This document shows positions 8,398-15,729 of a stretch of 64,000 nucleotides of DNA, one piece after another. The notes beneath the pieces are model-generated. The model was given only the letters and a program-made list of their open reading frames with translations, did not search any database and was not told the origin of the DNA. The DNA lies in contig QQSC01000016.1 of the NCBI GenBank assembly GCA_003602475.1, positions 83,675 to 147,674 of the forward strand, given 5' to 3'. This stretch comes from Candidatus Poseidoniales archaeon (GTDB taxonomy: Archaea; Thermoplasmatota; Poseidoniia; Poseidoniales; Poseidoniaceae). The position numbers and the translations under genes were made by a program. The stretch's first letter is position 1. Every line of letters begins with the position of its first letter.

Positions 8398-9861
8398 GAA
8401 CTCTTCTTCCTCGTCATTGTAGGACGTCTTTGCCGTTTCCTCAGCTTCTTCCACGACCGGTTCGGCTTTCTTTGCGATTCGTCTACGCCTCACCGGTGGG
8501 GCGTTTTCGTTAGGTGACGGACTCACCGTCTTCGTGGATGCTGAACGCCAGGGCGGCGAACGACCACGTGGCGGTCCTCCACCTCGAGAAGGAGCAGAAC
8601 TGGAAGGCGGGGGCGAGGAGGATTGCATTCGGTCCATGTTTGCAGCAGCGTCGGTTACCACGACCGATGAAGACCGTCCTGATGGGTTGCCGCCACGAGA
8701 CGATGATGAAGACCCAGTTGAAGCCAACACGCTGTCCAAATCAAATCCACCAAGGGCGTCATCAGACCCGCTTTCTTCCTTGGGTTCTGACTGCTCCTTT
8801 TTCGGTTTTGACCTTGCTGCTGCCGTTTCCAGATCTCGGCGCTCTTGATCTCTTCGAGCCTTCCGCTCAGCGGGTGATTCCATCCCAGCCTCTCGGGCGG
8901 CCGAAGCATCGGACTTCACTTTGCTCGCTTTTTTCATGCCCTCGCTGCCGACCAAGATTTCCATGGTTCGGTTGGCTGAACGGTTCAGCATGTTGGTGGA
9001 AACGATGTACGTTCCCACAAAACCACCCACGCCTGCTACCAAGAACAGCATGAGAAACAACCCTCGTCCAACCAATGGAATGTCGCCTTGAAGCCATTCG
9101 TCATCGGCTTCACCGTCAAGGCTGACCGAACTGCCATCGAAGTTGATGCCGGTGACCAAGACATAGACGCTTTCAAGGTTGGATTGGCCCACACCCATCG
9201 AGCAATCGTTAGCGACCCTGTAGGCTCTGTCGGTCCACATGCCCGTTTGCGAAGCGTTGCTTTTGACGAGGTAGCCCTCAACGGTGATGGGTTGGTGCCA
9301 CTCGTCAAGCGCCGTCATGCCGTTGAGAATGTTCTCGGAAGCGGGAATCATCCCGAGGACGAACCATTTTGTTTCTGCTTCTTGGTCCATGGCATGCAGT
9401 TCAACCGTCCCTGAAGTGGTGGGCAACAACGGCGTGTCCCAACTCTTCGGAACAATTCTCGAACCATCGCCTTCCTCAACCGCTTGGGCTTGGCTAAAGG
9501 GCATGGCTTCGATCGCTGCTGCAGCTGCGACACCAAAATCAAGTCCTCGTGCGCCGGTTTGATCGTTGTGCGAGTCGTACATTTGACTGGCGGAAAGGTA
9601 GCCTGAGAAGGTCATGACGGAGCCGTTGCCCGCTGCCAAGGTTCCACCTTCTGTGCCGGGGGTGCATCCAACGGTGGTGAGGTCGCTCACGGTTGTGCTG
9701 CTTCCACTCAAGGTGCTGCGGACGGTTGTGCCGTCCTGTTCCATTGAATATTCAACTTCAACGGCGCTGTCGCCCGTGCCCCATGACGCTGTTGATGGAC
9801 CCAAACATCCTGCCAGAGTCATTGTCGAGAGCAGACACACGGCCAGCAGCACGCCTCGCAT
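8380..9861 (-). CDS. membrane-anchored lipoprotein, unknown function, with disordered cytoplasmic tail
   Basis: Signal peptide plus lipobox (LLSTMTLAGC), an ectodomain of about 270 aa, one TM (GLFLMLFLVAGVGGFVGTYIV), then a tail of about 190 aa rich in S/P/R/K/E. Confidence 0.6.
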   Translation of the reverse strand: MRGVLLAVCLLSTMTLAGCLGPSTASWGTGDSAVEVEYSMEQDGTTVRSTLSGSSTTVSDLTTVGCTPGTEGGTLAAGNGSVMTFSGYLSASQMYDSHNDQTGARGLDFGVAAAAAIEAMPFSQAQAVEEGDGSRIVPKSWDTPLLPTTSGTVELHAMDQEAETKWFVLGMIPASENILNGMTALDEWHQPITVEGYLVKSNASQTGMWTDRAYRVANDCSMGVGQSNLESVYVLVTGINFDGSSVSLDGEADDEWLQGDIPLVGRGLFLMLFLVAGVGGFVGTYIVSTNMLNRSANRTMEILVGSEGMKKASKVKSDASAAREAGMESPAERKARRDQERRDLETAAARSKPKKEQSEPKEESGSDDALGGFDLDSVLASTGSSSSSRGGNPSGRSSSVVVTDAAANMDRMQSSSPPPSSSAPSRGGGPPRGRSPPWRSASTKTVSPSPNENAPPVRRRRIAKKAEPVVEEAEETAKTSYNDEEEEFSDFSF

Positions 9862-9920
9862 GAATGGGAATGTGGGGTTGAGTTTGAGAACCCTTCCCTC
9901 GTTCTTTTGGGATGATGTGG

Positions 9921-10006
9921 TGGCGCAGTCGGAGAGATTTGAACTCCCGAGTCACGGGGACACCGGATTTCAAATCCGGCGCAATACCAGGCTATGCGAC
10001 GACTGC
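9921..10006 (-). tRNA. tRNA-Ser (anticodon UGA), genomically encoded CCA
   Basis: Folded by hand. Acceptor GCAGTCG/CGACTGC. D-arm GCA-TAGCCTGGTAT-TGC. Anticodon stem CCGGA/TCCGG with loop TTTGAAA. Long variable arm (GTC-CCCGT-GAC). T-arm GGGAG-TTCAAAT-CTCTC. Discriminator G, then CCA. Confidence 0.85.
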
Positions 10007-11569
10007 TCAAGTCGTCGGGGTTGTTCCCTCTTTTTCTCCTTTCCTTTCTTCTTCATCGGAGGAGCGGTCGTCCCGGCGACCGGGTATGAACGCTGCAGCT
10101 GCCATTAGCCCAGCCAACGTGAGGGCTGCGGACGGCCACGGCGTGTCGTTGTCTTCGTAACCGCCTGCGTTTTCGTTGAGAAGCATTTCTCGTACATCTT
10201 CGGTAAAATCGTCCACGCTCCACCTGTCACCTGTCCAAGCCACAACGGGCTCTCGGCGATCGTTGAGAAGGTACGTGATGGTGGAGTGACCTACGTTGTA
10301 TTCTTCTGTGCTTTCGGGGACGCAGGACAACCTGTCGTCGCCGTCCCAGGTGTAACCGTCGTCGCACATGCAGTGCAGTCCCGAACCGCTTCCCATCTCC
10401 CAACCATGGCCGCTGCATGCGGTCTCTTGAGGTGGCTGAACCGGTACGGGGATCTCTGTGACGTTGATGCTGGAAGGTGCCCACGCCAAATGACGGGGTT
10501 GCTCAACACCGTCCATGCCCACGTCTGAAGAAGACCAGTTGTTTCCGGTGTCGTTCCAGGCGTAGAGGTTCCACCACCAGCTGTCATCCTCGGGAGCGGA
10601 TTGGTTGCCGATCGATGTGAGGTAGTGGCCGTAACTTGAATCTTCGATGCTGACGTCGATGGCGGCACCCATGAGGGCGCCATGGGTGACATGGTGGCCG
10701 GTAAAGCCGTTGACCTCAGCCGTTTGCGACGAAGTGTTTGACCACTGCACCGTCACCGTCGACGTCATGTTGGTGTCGGGTGTTGGTATCAATGAGGCGT
10801 TGATGTGCGACGGTTTCCAAGCGATGTGAGGGTGGTCAAGAAGGTCGACATCGTCCATACCCACAGGGGATGACTCCCATGTGTTGTTGGTGTGATTCCA
10901 TACGGTCAGTTCCCAGTACCATGACCAATCATCAGGGGAATTCGTGCCGTTGATGCCGGAAAGAAAATGCCCATACTGACTTTGCGAGACGTTCAACGTC
11001 AAACCGAGTTCCTCTGCAGCCCATGTTGTGGCGGTGTAACCGTTCCATTCAAACATCGTTTGACTGGTGGTGTTGTTGGTGTTCACCACGGTAACCGAGG
11101 CCTCTGCAGGCTGGTATTCCATGACGTGAGCGTCGATGACTTGTTGTTGAACCACCAGGGCAAAATTTGCCCAAACATCTTCCAGTGTGTTCCGGTCTCC
11201 AGTAAGATGAGGCCACTCGACCCCATGCCTTTGGGTGTACTCCATCAGTCGTTCAGGGGTATCGTGTTCAGGATCGACCGTGATCGAAATGAACTGGACA
11301 TCTGCAGATTGTTCGTCGGTCAGTTCGTTTTGCACGCTGCTCAGCAATTGGGTGATGACGGGACAAACGTCCGGGCACCGAGTGAAAATGAAGGATACCA
11401 CCATCACGGGTTCGTCTTGTCGTTGAAATTCATAGGTCAAACCGTCCTGTGTGGTGAGGGTAAAATCCTGAACAGGAGCCCGCACCAGTTGGCTTCCGTT
11501 GTAAGCCGCTACCGGCATCAACAGCAGACCTGCAAGAACAAGGGCCAAAACGGGTTTGAACAAGCGCAT
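10007..11569 (-). CDS. Sco1/SenC copper chaperone interrupted by a ~270-aa insertion; C-terminal TM anchor
   Basis: Signal/TM, then FIFTRCPDVCP (CxxxC), ISITVDPEHDTPERL and HLTGD. The Sco His-ligand segment (YNVGHSTITYLLNDRREPV) only appears at aa ~425. C-terminal TM AALTLAGLMAAAAFIPGRR. Confidence 0.8.
   Translation of the reverse strand: MRLFKPVLALVLAGLLLMPVAAYNGSQLVRAPVQDFTLTTQDGLTYEFQRQDEPVMVVSFIFTRCPDVCPVITQLLSSVQNELTDEQSADVQFISITVDPEHDTPERLMEYTQRHGVEWPHLTGDRNTLEDVWANFALVVQQQVIDAHVMEYQPAEASVTVVNTNNTTSQTMFEWNGYTATTWAAEELGLTLNVSQSQYGHFLSGINGTNSPDDWSWYWELTVWNHTNNTWESSPVGMDDVDLLDHPHIAWKPSHINASLIPTPDTNMTSTVTVQWSNTSSQTAEVNGFTGHHVTHGALMGAAIDVSIEDSSYGHYLTSIGNQSAPEDDSWWWNLYAWNDTGNNWSSSDVGMDGVEQPRHLAWAPSSINVTEIPVPVQPPQETACSGHGWEMGSGSGLHCMCDDGYTWDGDDRLSCVPESTEEYNVGHSTITYLLNDRREPVVAWTGDRWSVDDFTEDVREMLLNENAGGYEDNDTPWPSAALTLAGLMAAAAFIPGRRDDRSSDEEERKGEKEGTTPTT
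10472..10654 (-). repeat. Copy 2 of the internally duplicated DUF4430-like module inside the Sco1 insertion
   Basis: EDSSYGHYLTSIGNQSAPEDDSWWWNLYAWNDTGNNWSSSDVGMDGVEQPRHLAWAPS. The shared YGH(F/Y)L(S/T)(G/S)I...W.W(Y/W)W.L..WN pattern resembles the DUF4430 'yG.fvtsI.g...W.Y.vNg' core. Confidence 0.6.
10808..10993 (-). repeat. Copy 1 of an internally duplicated DUF4430-like module inside the Sco1 insertion
   Basis: SQSQYGHFLSGINGTNSPDDWSWYWELTVWNHTNNTWESSPVGMDDVDLLDHPHIAWKPS aligns by eye with copy 2. Confidence 0.6.
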
Positions 11570-11578
11570 TGAACCGCC

Positions 11579-11950
11579 TCATCGGGTATTGGCATAGTCC
11601 CAATCAGGTTTGCACCATCCTGGTAGTGCGTCAACGCCGTCGGGGTTGGAAAGCCCAATACCCCAAATCATCAGAACCACGAACAACACCGGAAAAAGGG
11701 CCGTTCGCGTGTAGATGCGAGGATCGCCCTTCAGGTGCATGAAGTAAGCAGCAATGCCGTACCCTTTCACGATACCAACACCGATGAGGATGGCCCAAAC
11801 AGCGGTGAGCGGGATGCCGACAAAGAAGACAGCTCCGACCTCAGCGAGCGTGAACACCATCAAAATGATGAAGTTCCAAAAGTAAATATCTTGCCCCAAA
11901 AGGCCGTCAAAGGTTTTTTCAAAAATTCCAGATGCTTCGTGTTCTCCCAT
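11579..11950 (-). CDS. cytochrome c oxidase subunit IV (prokaryotic COX4_pro type)
   Basis: 123 aa with 3 TM helices. GIAAYFMHLKGD matches the 'YFMHL' signature. Operon position is after subunit III. Confidence 0.65.
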   Translation of the reverse strand: MGEHEASGIFEKTFDGLLGQDIYFWNFIILMVFTLAEVGAVFFVGIPLTAVWAILIGVGIVKGYGIAAYFMHLKGDPRIYTRTALFPVLFVVLMIWGIGLSNPDGVDALPGWCKPDWDYANTR

Positions 11951-11959
11951 GATATCACC

Positions 11960-13393
11960 TCAATACAGATAGAAGGCTGGGAAGATGACCACCCACGCCA
12001 AGTCGACAAAGTGCCAGTACAAACCAAAGTATTCGATGCCTTGTGCGTTCTTCTCATCGTAGCCCACGGTGTCAGCCTTGAACACCAAATAGAGCATGAC
12101 CAACAGGCCAACAAACACGTGAACCCCGTGTGCTCCGGTTGAGATAAAGAAAATTGAACCTGCTTGGGAACCGATGGTGAACCCTTCGGCGACGAGATGA
12201 CTCCACTCGATCAACTTCAGAACGATGAACAGCGAACCGAGCAGGAAGGTGGCGAACAGGTAATTCCTGATGGCTGCCTTCTGGGTGGGCATCAACTTGC
12301 CAAGAGCGCCCTTGGGCGCTTCCCAGTTCTTTGCCTTGGCCGTTTTCAAGGCCAACACGATGGTGTACGAGGAAATGATGAGGGCGAACGTGTTGACCGC
12401 ACCGGGCAACATGGTCCAGAAGTCACCGGTTCCTGCAGCACCGTCTGGCCGCAGGTAGTCCGAAGCCGTCATCACGAAGTCCGGATGGAGTTCATGGCTC
12501 GCAAACACGTCCGTCACTCCGTTGCCGTCGAGGTCCAGTTCTCGGCATGTGCCTTCGTCCCAGGACCACTTGGTGCACCATCCGGTGCGCATGCGGAGGT
12601 AACTCGAGAAGAACGTGGCGAACACCATGATTTCGGACATGATGAACACCCAAAGACCGGCCTTTCGGATGTGTTGTCCCTCAAAAGGAGCTGAGGTGGC
12701 GATTTGCTCGCCGTTGCCGATGAACGGCAGGTCTTCCCTCCACCAGTTGGCGATACCGATGGTAACAATGGTCAAACCAAGCATCGACATGCTGAGGTCG
12801 CCCAACGCAAAGTCGGCTCCGGAAAGCATGTTGCCCAGAACTTCTTGGAACTTGGGATATCCCATCAGGAAGAGCATGAGGCCCAAGGCAAACACGATGG
12901 GCGAAGCCGATCCGTGGTGCTCGTGGTCGTCGCCACCGTAGTGGCTTTCCTGATGACCATCATCTTCACTTGGTTGAACCGAGTTTACAAATCCGCCAAG
13001 CGCCATGAACGCAGCGTAGGTGATGCACATCAGCAGAATGGTGACGCCAGCTGTTCGCCAGGTCAAGTAGGAAAGATGCGCTTCGATTTCATGGTGATGG
13101 GCATCGTCGTAGGCCTTCTTGAGGGTGGTTTTCTCATCCTCAAGGGCGGACAATTCCGTAGCCGTTGTGTTCTCGTCAGCAGCGGCTGCCGTGTAGGCGT
13201 CCTTTGCCGTGTAGTAGAGATCTTTCGCTTCTTCATAATCGTGTTGAGCATCTTCATAGTCGTGGTGTTTGACGTTCGCCACACCCACACCCATGGTGGC
13301 AAAGGCGAGCACACCAATGGCCAGAAACACACCGCCAATCACGACGGCTCGCATCCAGATGCTGTTGTCCACATGGGCTTCTCCTCCGCTCAT
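11960..13393 (-). CDS. coxC: cytochrome c oxidase subunit III with ~240-aa N-terminal His-rich, multi-TM extension
   Basis: C-terminal half carries GLWVFIMSEIMVFATFF, STGAHGVHVFVGLLVM and GLYWHFVDLAWVVIFPAFYLY. The ATG overlaps the coxA stop (ATGA). Confidence 0.85.
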   Translation of the reverse strand: MSGGEAHVDNSIWMRAVVIGGVFLAIGVLAFATMGVGVANVKHHDYEDAQHDYEEAKDLYYTAKDAYTAAAADENTTATELSALEDEKTTLKKAYDDAHHHEIEAHLSYLTWRTAGVTILLMCITYAAFMALGGFVNSVQPSEDDGHQESHYGGDDHEHHGSASPIVFALGLMLFLMGYPKFQEVLGNMLSGADFALGDLSMSMLGLTIVTIGIANWWREDLPFIGNGEQIATSAPFEGQHIRKAGLWVFIMSEIMVFATFFSSYLRMRTGWCTKWSWDEGTCRELDLDGNGVTDVFASHELHPDFVMTASDYLRPDGAAGTGDFWTMLPGAVNTFALIISSYTIVLALKTAKAKNWEAPKGALGKLMPTQKAAIRNYLFATFLLGSLFIVLKLIEWSHLVAEGFTIGSQAGSIFFISTGAHGVHVFVGLLVMLYLVFKADTVGYDEKNAQGIEYFGLYWHFVDLAWVVIFPAFYLY

Positions 13394-15729
13394 TCTTCAG
13401 CACCTCCGGAAGGGGTTGCGTCCCACAACCGTTTCTTCAATCCGGGCTGTTCACTCTTGTCGTGGTGACTGTAGTGGTCGTTCATGTCGCGCTGGACAGG
13501 TATGTCGTGGAACGATGGAGTGGGCGGGGGTGAAGTGGTGGACCATTCGAGGGACCAGCCACCCCATGGGTCGTTGCCCACTTCTTCTCCACGGCGAGCA
13601 GAGTAGAGGATGTTCCACAGCAACAAAAGCTGGCTCAGCCCAAAGATGAAGGCAAACGTTGAGACCGCTGCGTTGTATTCTGCAAAACCGGACTCGATGG
13701 TGTAGGAATGCGTGCGCCGTGGCATGCCCATGATTCCAAGGGCGTGCATGGGCCAAAACGCTGCGTTGTAGGAAGCAAATCCAATCAAGAAATGCCACAG
13801 TCCAAGCGTTTCGTTCAACTTGCGGCCGGTGGCCTTGGGGTACCAGTAGTATACAGCAGAGAAGAGAGCAAAGACGGTTCCACCGATGAAGACGTAATGG
13901 AAGTGGGCCACGACGAAGTAGGAATCGTGGAAGTGGATATCAAGACCGGCAACCGGGAAGAACATCCCAGAAATGCCGCCAAGCGTGAAGGTCACCAGGA
14001 AGCCGAGCGACCACAAGGTGTGGGTCTTCATGACCAGCGAGCCGCCCCAAAGGGTGGCCAGCCAATTGAAGATTTTCGCACCTGTGGGGATGGCGACAAG
14101 CATGGTCATGATCATGAACAGGGCTCGCCAGAACGGGTCCATTCCGGACGTCAGCATGTGGTGGCCCCAAACGACGAAGCCGACGATACCGATGCCGGCC
14201 ATGGCGAACACCATCGACTTGTAACCGAAAATTGAACGTCGGGCGGAGGTGGCCAGCACCTCGGAGACGATGCCAAACGCAGGCACAATGACCACGTAGA
14301 CCTCCGGGTGTCCGAAGAACCAGAACAGGTGTTGGAACAGCAACGGGTCGCCTCCAGCAACAAAGAACTGGGTGCCAATGGTGTGGTCAAAGAGCAAAAA
14401 CGCCACACCGATGATGAAGGCGGGAAGCGACATGAACAGCATGAACACGCTGATGAAGACCGACCATGAGAACAGGGGCATCTTCATCCAAGTCACACCG
14501 GGGGCTCGCATCGTGAACACGGTGGTGATGAAGTTGACACCACCGAGTGTGGAGGAAGCACCCAGCATGATCATGCCAGAAATGAACGCCGTGGTTCCGG
14601 GGTTCGAACCATAATCAGCGAGGGTCGAACCGAGGTTGGACTCTGTCAGCGACGAGTAGGGCGGGTACATCACCCATGAGATGTCGGCCGCTTCACCAGA
14701 CCAGATGCCGGTGAAAATCAACGGAGCGGAGAAGACGAGCAGCCACAAGCCCATGGCATTGATGCGGGGAAAGGCGAGGTCCTTCGCGCCGATTTGCAAC
14801 GGCAAAACATAGTTCATGAATCCAGCAATCATGGGCATGGCTGCAAGGAAAATCATGGTTGTGCCGTGGAGGGTAAAGAACGAGTTGTACTCGTCGTAGG
14901 TGAGGAAATCGTTCTCCGGAATGGCGAGTTGGATACGGAACAGCAAGGCCAACAGGCCGCCAACAAGGAAGAAGAAGAAACCGAAGAGGAAGTACATGAT
15001 GCCGACTTCTTTGTGGTCGGTGGTCGTCAGCCAAGGCTTGAGGAAGCCCCAGAACCGAGCGATGGTGAAGGTTTCTGGTGACGCTCGGTAGAAGGTCCAT
15101 AGAACTCCGGCAAAGATGAGTGCAACGGCCAAGCCGATGGAGGTGATGAAAATCACGAGGGCACTGGCACTGGGAGCTACGGCGCCGGCGTTCATACCGG
15201 GGATCATCACGTTGGCAACGTTCCAGTAATCGCCACTTGAGCCACCGCCACCGCCAGCGTTTCCGTTGACTGCGTTGCCGAACACGGTCATCTCGACGTT
15301 GAGGTCATCTGCTGCAGGGGCCGTCCATTCCATGGTCCACGAGCGCACCATGTTGCCCTCTGCCGTATGGGTGAGTCCGTCGTCCATGATGTGGCTGAGT
15401 TCATCGGGGACGGTGTTCACTTCGCCGTGGGAGACGAGGATTCTGAAGCCACCGTAGGGGACGGTGCGAGCGCCATCGGTAACGACACCATCGCCGTCAA
15501 GGACCATGACGTCGTTGACGACGGTCACCGTGAAGGTGTAGGTTTCGCTGGCGTTGTAGGTCTCTGGCAACCCGTCCACCACCACGGTGGTGTCGGGGCT
15601 AGCGCCCCCGTGACAGGAACAACCGAGGTTGCCTGCGCTGTTGATGCCACCGGGTGCGGCGGTCATTTGCGGGGTGGCCATCAAGGCCAGAAGAAGAAGG
15701 GAAAGAACAACGGTGATTCGAGTGCGCAT
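13390..15729 (-). CDS. coxA: cytochrome c oxidase subunit I with ~215-aa N-terminal secreted domain plus extra TM
   Basis: Heme-copper oxidase core: TDHKEVGIMYFLFG, WFFGHPEVYVVIVP, VWGHHM and FHDSYFVVAHFHYV. It is preceded by a signal peptide and a domain containing GCSCHGG. Confidence 0.9.
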   Translation of the reverse strand: MRTRITVVLSLLLLALMATPQMTAAPGGINSAGNLGCSCHGGASPDTTVVVDGLPETYNASETYTFTVTVVNDVMVLDGDGVVTDGARTVPYGGFRILVSHGEVNTVPDELSHIMDDGLTHTAEGNMVRSWTMEWTAPAADDLNVEMTVFGNAVNGNAGGGGGSSGDYWNVANVMIPGMNAGAVAPSASALVIFITSIGLAVALIFAGVLWTFYRASPETFTIARFWGFLKPWLTTTDHKEVGIMYFLFGFFFFLVGGLLALLFRIQLAIPENDFLTYDEYNSFFTLHGTTMIFLAAMPMIAGFMNYVLPLQIGAKDLAFPRINAMGLWLLVFSAPLIFTGIWSGEAADISWVMYPPYSSLTESNLGSTLADYGSNPGTTAFISGMIMLGASSTLGGVNFITTVFTMRAPGVTWMKMPLFSWSVFISVFMLFMSLPAFIIGVAFLLFDHTIGTQFFVAGGDPLLFQHLFWFFGHPEVYVVIVPAFGIVSEVLATSARRSIFGYKSMVFAMAGIGIVGFVVWGHHMLTSGMDPFWRALFMIMTMLVAIPTGAKIFNWLATLWGGSLVMKTHTLWSLGFLVTFTLGGISGMFFPVAGLDIHFHDSYFVVAHFHYVFIGGTVFALFSAVYYWYPKATGRKLNETLGLWHFLIGFASYNAAFWPMHALGIMGMPRRTHSYTIESGFAEYNAAVSTFAFIFGLSQLLLLWNILYSARRGEEVGNDPWGGWSLEWSTTSPPPTPSFHDIPVQRDMNDHYSHHDKSEQPGLKKRLWDATPSGGAEE

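Noticed and set aside
15610-15630. GCSCHGG in the CoxI N-terminal domain as a c-type heme attachment site
   Set aside because: The spacing is C-x-C-H, not the canonical C-x-x-C-H. I therefore did not call a cytochrome c domain. It is kept only as an open question in the findings.
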